A stretch of DNA of 63,954 bases, the filler included, from Basidiobolus ranarum (Eukaryota): NCBI GenBank assembly GCA_040143965.1. It is 3 parts of 3 records of this genome, joined end to end, with 100 filler letters (N's around TTAATTAATTAA, not from the genome) between each part and the next. Parts side by side here need not be neighbours in the genome. Positions count along the whole stretch, not along the records: positions 1 to 21,701 come from JASJQH010007073.1; positions 21,802 to 43,463 come from JASJQH010007074.1; 1 more part is not named here. One strand, given 5' to 3'. The translations under genes were made by a program, and so were the position numbers. Positions within the stretch are counted from its first letter, which is position 1, and each line of letters begins with the position of its first letter. The notes under the pieces were generated by a model. The model did no database searches and was not told where the DNA came from. It saw only the letters and a list, made by a program, of their open reading frames with translations. Below, piece after piece: positions 11,758-23,306 of the stretch.

Positions 11758-12440
11758 ATGGCTACTAAACTTGCTGCCGATTGTATCTTTTGTAAGATTA
11801 TTAAAGGAGTTATACCTTCCTCGAAAGTTTTAGAGACAAATTTAAGGTAAGAAAAGTCAATTTTTCAAACGAAGTTTAGAAGAACTCTCTTTTTAACTCC
11901 TTACCTTCCTGATAGTTACGCATTTTTAGACGTACAACCTCTATCTAAGGGACATGTGGTAAGTTTAGTACTTTACTCGTTTATTTTTGAAATAAACTTT
12001 ATAACAACTAACTTCCTTGGTGTTTTAGTTAGTCATACCTAAACGTAATATTCCCTTTTTACTTCCACTGTAGAAACATCTTAGTCTGACTCTTTAATTC
12101 TCTTAGATCACGCACAATTCCTTCACCAAGTTCCTGACGAACATTTGTCGGACTTATTACCAGTGGCTAAAAAAATCGCTACTGCTTTAGGAGCGGAGAA
12201 TTATAATATTTTACAGGTGAAATATAGGATAAAGATAGCAGGTTTCTTGCTCTTATTAACTCGTTTTCTCTCTACTAATAGAATAATGGAAGTTTAGCTC
12301 ATCAAGCAGTTAACCACGTACATTTTCATATCATCCCTAAACCTAACCAAGAAGAAGGACTTGGTATTCGTTGGAATACTCAAAAACTTTCCCCAGAGGA
12401 ACTCCAGAATATCTTGGAAAAAGTTCAAAATCAATTATAA
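11758..12440 (+). CDS. HNT1: HIT family nucleotide hydrolase (Hint/Hnt1), 5 exons
   Basis: DCIFCKIIKG, AFLDVQPLSKGH, NYNILQ|NNG and the histidine triad HVHFHIIP. Confidence 0.95.
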
Positions 12441-12545
12441 TCACTTGGAGAAACTCTAAAGAACCTTTTGAAATGCATGCATATATATTAAAATCAACAT
12501 TTATTCAACAGTTGGGTATATAGAAAAGAAATTCAAGTAAATGAA

Positions 12546-13129
12546 TTAATGCTTTAAATTGGCGTTATCTTCCGCTTCTTTCCATTCATTAAAACCACCC
12601 TTTAAACTTTTCACTTGATATCCCATCCTTTTTAAACTTTCCGCAGCTAATATTGATCGATATCCACTGGCGCAATAAACTATCACCTCCTTAGAATCGG
12701 GTACTTTCTTCTCAATATCTTTTTCAAGTACACCTCGTGGTAAACATATCGCCTCGGGAATAATCCCTTTTTCTTGTTCAAATGTCTCTCTCACATCCAC
12801 CAATTGGAATTTCTCCGGATTATAGGTTGCTCTGAGAGTAGGTACACTGATCTCCTCTATCTGAGAGTTATCCCGGACGGAGTGAACCAAATCTGTGAAG
12901 CGGCTCTGGAGAGGGAAGGTACCCTAAGTGATGTGAAGCCTTATAGTTTAGTTGTCTACTCTATCATAGATGCATAGTTGATGAACTCTCTTACCTTGGT
13001 AAATGTACGGATAATTGAACCGTAACTTGACTAAATTGAATGATTCGATTAAATTAATGTTACAACAAAAACCACTTCCAATTCCAATCAATCAATACTA
13101 ACCTTATTAACTACTCGTAAGGAGAACAT
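12546..13129 (-). CDS. Single-domain rhodanese/sulfurtransferase with probable mitochondrial presequence (3 exons)
   Basis: MFSLRVVNK|SSYGSIIRTFTK|GTFPLQSRF joins the 12546-12890 ORF, which has LVDVRE, active-site YCASGYRS and LKGGFNEW. Confidence 0.88.
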
Positions 13130-13824
13130 GGAGATGATTTCGCGAATTATACTTCGCTTTCATGACATTCGGTTTATTTAAATCGATTTTTGAAATGACT
13201 CAACTTTGTCAATACCTCTAAATTCTTCCCCTGGACACGTGCTATGATCAAGTCTAGACTTTGGAAGGTGTATAATATATAAACCGCTTATAAATGTTTC
13301 CACAGATATGGTAATAATGGAAGTTACTTTACGCGTGGTGTAACTAGATTCATTTAACTACTCCGAAACTTGATCGGGGAAATGCTAGAGAACGAAATTT
13401 ATCTTCATCATTCCTCTCTACGAATGTTGATTAAACTCATATGAGGTTGTATTATTGTGAAAGTAACTAATAACAGATAGGCAAAACTGGAAAAAAAGTA
13501 TTCGGTTAGAGAAAGGAATTCGTTGAAAGGAATATAATACAAAAGAGAATGCGCGGATGTGTCAAACATAATATGTGAAAGATAGATAAATTTGAAAGGA
13601 GAGTTGATGTACGAGTACTAAGCATGCTAAATACTGCCGTTCACGCTATGATGAAAGGGCGGTGAAACTGCTCGAACGGAAGGTAAAAACAAGAAATAAT
13701 AATGATAAAATTATAGAGAAGGAAGGTATCCCGCTATCGTGGAGATACCTGCACAGTAAATAAATAATGGAGACGTGAAGGTAGTATGAGGGTGGAGATG
13801 TGTTGCGCGAATATTATCTATTCA

Positions 13825-16800
13825 TTAGCTATTAGAGAGTGAAAGCAGATTCGTCAAGAATTGGTTATAAGTCCTTCAAGATTATAACGTTTAGTTGCTA
13901 GATAACTTCAACAAGATATCTTAGAGTAAAGAGCTTACCATCTTTGAGAGCCGTACCGCTTGCATATGGTCTTGATATCAGTCACTCTATGAGTATATCT
14001 TGGTATTAAGAGTTAAGGAATATAATGGTCAATTCAAGTTATTCAGGATATGTTGCAAAGTGCTTAAAAGGATACGGATGACGGTAAAGAGTGGAAGGAC
14101 AATATACAGCATAACGTGCAGCATTCAATGCGGTCATTCTGACAAGTGGGGCTAAGATTGAGCCAGGCAAAACCATCCCATCAAGAACGGGGCCGAAGAG
14201 CAGAATCTATAAAATAGATATGATCAGTTCCTACATTCACCAAGTCACAGAAATAATATATAAACTAACCTCAGAATCTCGGTACACATCGACAGAATAT
14301 AAACCATTCGTAGAAGGAGTGATGATAATTTGAACATTGCCAAAATCTCCACCGATAGTATTCCTTCGATATTCACGATGATGCTCGTTCCAAACAATAT
14401 GAACGTGATCGTTTCCAATGTGTCGTTTCTAAGAGAATGCCTTAACGTTAGTAAATGGTGCCTGAATAAAATCGAATTGACCTCAGTATTCTCAAACCTT
14501 TTTCAATTGCTTAGGGTCGTTTGCATCAGTAGGAATTCTGGTGGCATCATGGAACATCATCTCTACGCTTGTTGAGGAATAGTATATAGCAGTCTTCCCT
14601 GTGGTTGAATTTCTTTCCAAACCGCCCAAGTAGCCTTTATGCGTTTCTAACTCCACTTCCTGTCCGAGCTCGTGAAGGAATTTTTCATAGGCTAGACTTC
14701 CTTGTGAGTTTGATAAAATACTACTTTCATCCTCTTGTCCAGGGCCAACATATAGAGCGCCTATCTTAATGGTTTCCCGACTGAAAACAGGAAAAAGTTA
14801 AGAACATGATCTTGAAAATTATCAAAAAATTGACTCAAGCATTACCCTGGTTTTTTGTCGAGACCACGTATATCCCGAATCAAAGAACTACTCTGACTCA
14901 GAAGTACAAACGATTCTTCACCTGCTAGACTCTGATTCAGCATCCCTAGTTTACTCAGTAGAAGGGTTTTGCGACGCTGAAGTGTAGAAGCTCTTTCTGG
15001 TCGACTAGTGGCATCGGGAATATCGTCAATTGTGGAGTCAGATATAGCATTGAGAGAGTCTTTGCGGATGGGTAAAGTATACTCGGATTCTTCGCTTTTT
15101 TCACTATAACAATATCAGTAAATAATAGATTCGAAAGAATGCGCTTTCTCAAGATTTACCTTGTCTTTCGTGTTGGCTCTGGTGAGCATACATGATTTTC
15201 TTGTTCCAATGGCTTAGTTTCTTGTATTTCATTTTCCTCGGAAGACGTTGGTAGAGAGCATTCACCATCGTCACCACATAGTTTCGAGACATCTCCAGAC
15301 GCTCTACAATATCCACAAAAGTGAGTGACTGGGTATACAGTTAAGATCACCAAAAAAAACTCACATTGTGCGTTTATCTTGTGGACAAGATTGGGATCTT
15401 TTGATATCTATCTTCTCCGACCATTTCGGTTCGTTTTCGGATATATCGAGCGATGGCGCTTCATAAAAAATCAACGGATCCCATTTATAGTTTCCGGCCA
15501 TATTCCGAGCAAATATTTTCACTCCTAAAAATGTTACATGTTTAGTACGTTTGATAATATTTGAATATTCATTAGCGATTTTACCGTCATCACTAGCTGG
15601 TGAGCCAACTATGCTAAGTAATGTATTATTATTGTAAATAAAATAAGTAGTATTTTCTTCATCTGATCGAGGGATCTCTGAGAGTTCTACACTTTCTGAA
15701 GGTGCGCTAAAGTGATATGAAGGTTAAGTTATCACACCTGCAAAATCTGTAACTATTGCAATTACTCACCTAATTGAAGAGATTCCCGTTTGATTGCTGA
15801 AGTAATTCAAAAGATGCACTAGGACAATTTCGCCCGATTCCTAATGATTATTGAATTAGAGAGTGACTGGATGACCGAAGATTCTGGAGAATGACTTACT
15901 TGAATGATGTTTTGCGGTGGCTTTTCTTCCCCTATGCTGACTTCGCCTCTTTGAAAGAGTGCCCTGGTTAAGGGTGAATGTTTGAAGAATGTTTGATGGA
16001 TGTTGTCGAAATTTCTATAGCCCTTGATTTGATGTGTTTGCATATCGAAGTCTGATTTCTCAGGAAGGCTTATCTGCGTTGCTTTTTCCAACGTGACAAA
16101 TATCATCTGCCTTAATCCGGAGTGGGACATTATTTCTGAGGGGGAGTGCATGATCCACTCCAATAAACAATAGAGAAGTCTGGCGACTACAAAGCCTGAT
16201 TTGGGGAGAGGTAGTTTAGAATAATGAGATTGACTAAAGAAACGCTCATTCAGATATTTACCAGCTTCTGAGACACTTTCATTATCAACTATCTTGATGT
16301 ATTCGTTAATAGCCTCAATCAAATTGCCAATAACATCGTAAACCAATCCCTACACATATCATTAGTATTCTCGTTCTACCTCTTTTCTACCCAAGGATAT
16401 ATAGCTCTACTTACTTGATCAAGTGCACGAAGTTTCTCTGTATACTCGGAGAATGTATACAAACATTCAATGGCACTAATCACTACTGAGTATACATGAC
16501 AATACATATGATCTAAAATGGTTCGGATGCATTTCTGAATCAATGGAATTGAGGGACTAATGTATATAACATGGAAGGTTAGCTAAGATCTTTAGTGGAT
16601 AAAACAAGATGAGTACTACCTAGGACTAGTGATAAGCTCATCGAATGCCATGACACATGCCCCATTAATCAACATGGAGTGAGTTTGTGCAGTTTTAGTC
16701 GAGAGACGATTTAACTTCTTCGTCTCTGAGAGGCATGAGAAGAGAGCACATTCCATTTCGCGTTTTAGCTAAAACAAGATATGAGTTAATGAGGATTCGA

Positions 16801-19800
16801 GAGAATATTCAATCATGAAATTTACCTCATTGGCACTGATGTATTCAGACGGCTCTGAGCTCATGAGAGAGGAATTTTTAAAGGTTACGCTTGGAATCCG
16901 AAGATCAGGAAAGTGATTAGGGAAGCACAATAATGACAGAAGGATGGTGACCGCATTTTGACACATTGGTTCATTTACATAATGTGACATGTATCTCGCA
17001 CTGGAGTGTAGCTTTTTAAACAAGAAAATTAGACACTCCAAATGAAGTAGAGAATACCAAAGATCTACATACGGTCCGTCTGATAGTGGATAAAAATGAT
17101 GGAATCACGGTGGGGCATCCAGGCAATGATAATCCGAATAACTTTCGACAGTTGACGAAAAGCACATGGTGTAATTCGTTATCTTTAATGCTAAGCGCCT
17201 AAAATTCGAATTAAAAGTTAATATCCACTGTTCTCTAGTATCTTCCTACTAAGATTCAACGTACACGCAACAAAACTCGATAAAAGTGTGTATAATAAAT
17301 CTCCTCTACTGCCTCCTCGTGTAGACGGCATAACATTCTACAAACACATCCAAAGGCTAGAAGGTAGCCCTCCCTATACACTCTACAATATTCAGTCGCA
17401 AAATTAGTTAGAGAACGGAGTGAATCCATCAAGTCGCTAAACAATTCCTTACGAAGACATCTCTGAGGCTTGGAAAATCCATGGAGCAAACTCGAAAAGG
17501 TTCGGTTTACAGGGTGCATCGAAGGGTTGCTCAGTCCGAATCTAACAATAATTCAGTAACTTTGCCTTAAACTCTTTAAACAACTACTAATAGACTACCT
17601 GAGCCAGCATATCCCATATTTCCACTAGGCAACGAATAGCATTAGTGTGCGCAATAGGATCCTGTTGAGTGAATGTCGATAAAGATTTAGGTTAGTGCTG
17701 CTGAAATAACATTATGTAAGTCGCTTCAACGTACAGCGATGTGGTTAGGATTTCCCAAAAGATAAACGAAATTCCTCCATGTGGACAATATATTATTCTT
17801 GTCCCAATTCAAGGTAAACAAATGCGTGAATCCAGAATCCTCAATATTAGCAAACTCCATTGTAAGCCTGTTGTAGTGAGAAATGTGAGTAAATTGTATA
17901 TTTAGCAACCGTTCCGATGTTCTTTACCTTCTATTGATTGTACTGGATGAATCAACCTCTTGATCTTTAAGTAAGGGAAACATCAAGGACTAAAATAAAT
18001 GAGAATTTCCGTTTGAGAATATGGTCCAACACATTGAGATAAAATTACTGAAACTAACTTTAAATGGGGCGAAATTACTCTCATTACTATTGTTGTTTGA
18101 ATCGAAGTTGAAAAGCTTGATATGCGAGGAAGTTCGTCTTATCACACCTTCACCGTCATTTTTTCCTCGTTTTGTATCATTACTTACACCAGAAGTGTGA
18201 CTATAAACTGTGAGTGTAGCATCGTCACGATCGTTGTTTTCTAGGACAATGGATTTGGGTCGCGTGGGCTTTCGAGCAACTACTCCCCCACTAGTGGGTC
18301 TTTGTAATCGAGCTCTTCTTGGCTGTCTTGCAGGCTCACAGCTCAATTCGTAATAGGCTTCACCAAGTATCCGGGTAAGTTGATTTGAAATGCTCTATAT
18401 ATCAACGATGCAAGTCAATAAAGCGTATTATGCAAATATGAATATTTGAAGACGCCTTACTCTCCATTGAGTCACAATTTGAATCCACTTTGATGTCTTC
18501 AAAATTTCGGCATTTAATTTACTCCAAAGTCTTTCATTCTGAGTCATAGATCGCGCCCAGACGAAAAATAAAGTCTGTGTAAAATCAGAGAGGGGGTGTT
18601 AACAAGCTACGGATCATTATAAATTCTAAATAACCTTTTACCTCAAAAAAGTACTCCACCAAATCGTCAGGTAGATAAGAGTTGGGAACTTCCCGAGCCT
18701 TGGTAGTATAAACAATGAAAGAGTTGATCAACAACACCAACAAACTTTCCCTAAATGCCATATTTTACTCTTGAGTGAGTTGATTGTTTATAATGAGATC
18801 AATCAACCATTAAATTACCATGTTTCATCTTCGAGTTGGATGGTTCCATTTTGCGAAACTGCTCTAAAAATGGACAACACTTCTCTGACTAGAATCTCCT
18901 GCTTAGAGTTATTGTCATAACATTCGAATCCAGTCTCAAGAACTGATATCAACATGCTGAAGTATTGCCTTAGATATCCATTTGCTTGTGCGAATGAACC
19001 ATCATCTGATGTGATCGAGGCACCTGACAACTGTCCATCCTCTTTACTTCCACGTCTTAGAAATGAAGGACGTTCATTTTCCTGAAAGGATTAATGTCGC
19101 GTTAGTATAAACCAAGCGTGCGAATACATATCTAAGCTATATTCACCCCACTCAGCATCCAAACTGCTAATACGTAGGCAGCCCCGCGAGCACTCTCTAG
19201 ATTCTTCATGTCGTGAATTGGCAATGACAGTGCGTTGGCAATAATATCATGTATAAACTCTCGATTGTCTCGAGACCCCAGTATGATTGTCTTTAATATT
19301 GGACAGGCAGGAGATGTAGTAGTCTTAGGATTTCCCTTGAGCTCATCAACGCAATGTTCCACTAAAAATCCCACCAGCTTATGAAGTGCAGAAGGGGGAC
19401 AAGTTGGAAACCCAAAAGCTAGTGAAAATTCGATACCATTAGACAGTTAGAAAGCGGAATCCATATAATCGAATAAATAATAAAGTTTATAGAAAAGCTA
19501 ACCTTGATCTTTTGGTATCGTAATCAGGCCTACTCGTTTAGCACATCGTGGAAACAATTTCACCAAGTAATGCTTTTTGAATAGCTCAAACATGAATTTG
19601 GCTGAAGCATAAGCAGCGTCTATCCCTACTCCAACTGCTACTCCACTTTTAATGTCGTCAGTCTCAAGAATTCTGATTTTATCGCAAGGTGGTGTTGAGC
19701 CAGCAGCCACATGAGCAAGATATGTAATATTGTCGAGAACAAGTTGAATTAACTCTCCCACTTCAGAGATCTGAAGAAACTGAGTTGTTGGATAGATAGG

Positions 19801-20690
19801 AATACTACTAGGGTCGCCAATCATCTCTTGGTCCAAAACCAAATCTGATCGTCCTAATTCTTGGAGAAATATACCAAATGGAATCGCATTATGGTATAGC
19901 TTTTGTATGTCTGGTGTCTCAATGGTTTGAACATTGGTCCATATTAAAAGTAACCGTAATCCTATTTCACGAAGCTTATGATGGTTGCCACTACTCAACA
20001 CTTGAGTCAATATGTTCACTATTGAACGAAGTGTTAGTACGTAAGCCTGTAAGCGAGGAAAGTTCATTGCATTTTACCTATTCCGTTCTGGTGCCAGCCC
20101 TCCCGAATTTTATCGGGTAGTAACAAAAATAGCTTACGTAAAAGCATCAAAATTTTAACTAAAGTCGCCATATCTTTTGAGTTAAAAGAAGTAGGTCTCT
20201 CCGAGCGTTCTAATGTTTTAGAAGTGAGTCCAGGCAGTTAGTTGAGATGAGTTAGCAACAAGACAGTGCTCAAGATATAGACCAAACATACTTCTAATTT
20301 TATCTGCTTGTGTGATAAAAGAGTTATAAATGGCAGAATATATTTTCTCGGCATGTTCTTGGAAAAATACTGCCTGATCCAAATCGTCAGCAAGATCTTG
20401 TTGGTGAATAATGAAAATTAAATCAGATGAGAGGAATATTCTTCAACTAGGCTATATATATCGTTCAAAAGGAGCATACCAAGAAGATTCCAAAGTGCTA
20501 ATAAACGAAGTCTAGGTTTGGTACGTTCGTCGAAAAACGGCTTGGCCTTTTTCAAAAGTTTCTCCAAACGATTTTCTGGGGTAAGTGGTACCTCTCTGTC
20601 TCGGTTGGAAAGCATTCGAGTAATATTAAAGCGATTAATTGTGTTCAAAGCAACACTTGATATCACTGGTTTGTCGAAATCACTGGGCAT
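13825..20690 (-). CDS. RALGAPA: Ral GTPase-activating protein alpha subunit-like (Rap/Ran-GAP domain), more than 20 exons; alternative upstream ATG at 20840
   Basis: N-terminus resembles RalGAPA (KLFLLLPDKIREGW, NHHKLREIGLRLLLIW). C-terminal RapGAP domain has ETIKIGALYVGPGQED, GYLGGL, KK|KRHIGNDHVHIVWNEH (Asn thumb), IGGDFGNV and FGP. Stop TAA at 13825-13827. Confidence 0.9.
13999..14075 (-). other. U12-type (minor spliceosome) GT-AG intron, 77 nt
   Basis: 5' splice site GTATCCTTT, branch TTCCTTAAC shortly before the AG with no polypyrimidine tract. Removal gives the open frame YRHP-YTHRVTDIKTIC. Confidence 0.92.
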
Positions 20691-21701
20691 TGGTTCAGGT
20701 TCGAGAGAAGTATGATTAGTAGTGGTAGAAGCCCCAGGTCTATTAGTAGTAGAGTTTGATGGATGTGTGGTTTTTCTATTAAAAGGCCTTCGTATAGAAA
20801 GGCGGGAGGAAATAGGATTTAGGAATAAGAGGGAATTCATGGAGAAGGGAGAGACCCCAAGCAAGTGGGCAAGAAAATAGAAGAATGAGTGCTAAACTAT
20901 TCTCAAATATGACGTGGATATATATTTCTAAAGAAAGCAAATGAAGTAACGAGATAGAGCTTTGTAATGTGTAAGAAAGTATCTATCACAACCTTGACAC
21001 GTCCCAACTATTTACAACACCGATATACTGACAAGGTCAATGAATTAAAATTAGTGTTCAGTCACACCTGTGCTCATGGCAATATTAGAAGATCGTACAT
21101 CGAAATATGATGATAAAATCAGTCCGCTCCAAAACATAAGCATTTTTTCCGGCCTATCATATTAGGCTAAGATATCGAAAAGAGAAAATAGAGATATATA
21201 TATGCATATACACAGTTGATGTGAAAATATTCATATGTTTGCTGCAACAATAGATCTTGTAGACAACGCGTTTTATGGGACCTATTATTACGGTGCTCAT
21301 ATTAAGGATTATTTTATTATTGGTAATATGTGTTATAACATGCCCCAAAATAGATTAGTTCTCTCCATATATCAACACTCCCCTAGCCCTGATTGGTGTT
21401 CCTAATCACAACACCCGCTATCCAATCAGGAACAGGTTGGCTGGTTGGCTACGATTAGCATATTGTAGTTCTTGTCGATCCCTACTGACCCTACTCCCCC
21501 CGCGTCTCCAGAAGTCACCAATCCTACGAACGATGCTGTGCCTGCATGTTAACAATACTCATAGAAATTCCCGTCGCATGTGACAGAAAAGCAATACTAA
21601 TCAATATGAACCCAACACTCTCCTTATACTATGCACACCTGATGGCACTTTCGCAATTACCCAGGTCCAGCAATCAAGCGGTTATGTAAAGTAAAAACCA
21701 G

Positions 21702-21801
21702 NNNNNNNNNNNNNNNNNNNNNNNNNNNNNNNNNNNNNNNNNNNNTTAATTAATTAANNNNNNNNNNNNNNNNNNNNNNNNNNNNNNNNNNNNNNNNNNN
21801 N
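21702..21801. other. Artificial contig spacer (44 N + TTAATTAATTAA + 44 N)
   Basis: Six-frame stop linker inside a 100-nt N block, identical to 43464-43563. Confidence 0.97.
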
Positions 21802-22948
21802 AGCTATGCTGGGACCCAACACATCCAGATCGTTTGGCCACTGCGTCAATTGATAAAACTGTTCGAATCTGGGATGCAAGAGGTAAACACCACTAATTAT
21901 GTCCTCAATTACCGACCATTCGTTCGTAAAATTGAACAGTTGAAATGAACCTTCTTTAGCCGGAAAATGCACGTATACCATTCAAACCACCGGTGAAAAC
22001 ATCAATATCTGTTGGAGTCCAGACGGGAAGTATATTGCAGTTGGAAACAAGGTATATTGAATTTATTTTGGCGAACAATAGATCAATTTAGTTACTTACA
22101 CTCACCTATTTGCTACTATAAGGACGATCTCATTAGTTTCATTGATACTAGACAATACAAGATCGAGAAAACTTCAAAGCATGATGTGGAAGTAGGTCTT
22201 ATTTATGGATACCACTCTCTTGACATCATCTTAACAAACGTACTATAGGTGAATGAGATCGCTTGGGATCACAGTGGAGATTATTTCTTTTTAACTACCG
22301 GTCAAGGACACGTGAAGATACTGGAATTCCCTTCCTTAAAACCTTTACATACACTCGATGCGCAAACAGCCAACTGTTACTGTTTAGAGTTTGATCCTAT
22401 GGGAAGGTAATTGATTGGGAATTCTAAATGTACATATCCACTTTGATTCACCTAGTCCATACCAATCATGTAGGTATCTTGCTGCCGGTGGTGCTGATGC
22501 ACTTGTTACTCTGTGGGACTTGGAAGAGTTTGTTTGTGTTCGCTCTTTTGACAGCTTAGAGTTAGTTCATAATCACAATACTTTACTAGGATGAATTACT
22601 AACAGAGTCTATCTAGTTGGCCAGTACGTACAATTAGCTTCAGTTATGATGGAAAATATCTCGCCTCAGCATCCGAAGACTTGGTCATAGATGTGGTAAG
22701 TACAAGTCTCAACTCACATTACTGCATTGATATGTTCACTAATCACTTTATTCCCCTCCTTCCCTCTTTCATCGTATCATCAGTCGGAAGTAGAAACTGG
22801 TGAATCCATTCATAAAATCCCATGTAATGCTGCTACCAATACCATAGCTTGGCATCCATCCAAATACTATCTAGCATTTGCCGGGGATGAGATAGATGCT
22901 AGAGATGGCAAGGCGGCGGGTAACCTTCGAGTATTTGGATTATATTGA
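21802..22948 (+). CDS. THOC3: THO complex subunit 3 / Tex1 WD40 protein, 5'-truncated by the contig edge
   Basis: QLCWDPTHPDRLATASIDKTVRIWD, GENINICWSPDG, NCYCLEFDP.G|RYLAAGGADALVTLWDLEE, IAWHPSKYYLAFAGDE. Confidence 0.92.
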
Positions 22949-23306
22949 AATATTTGCTTTGAAATCATCCATCTTCCCTCGAAATAGATCTTTTTTTACT
23001 CAATAAATATCCCATTTAGTCAACATACCATACATATTCGCTAGTTGGTGTATTTTGGCTAAATTTTACTTTAATTATTCCGTAAAAAACCCACAGGGAG
23101 GGGGAGAGTAGAGGTGAGGGTGAGGGTGAGGTGAAACTATGGATATACATTCTATTATCAAATGTCAATTTTGAAACCAATCTTCTAATTTCATTGATTA
23201 TTTGGTGTAGATGACTTGAAGATTGGGAAAGGCTATCACTAAACAGAAGGATGAAATGGTTATAAAAACAAAAGAGACAAGAAAATTATGAGAATTCACA
23301 GAGTAT

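Noticed and set aside
21746-21757. TTAATTAATTAA palindrome inside the N runs
   Set aside because: Assembly linker with stops in six frames, not biological.
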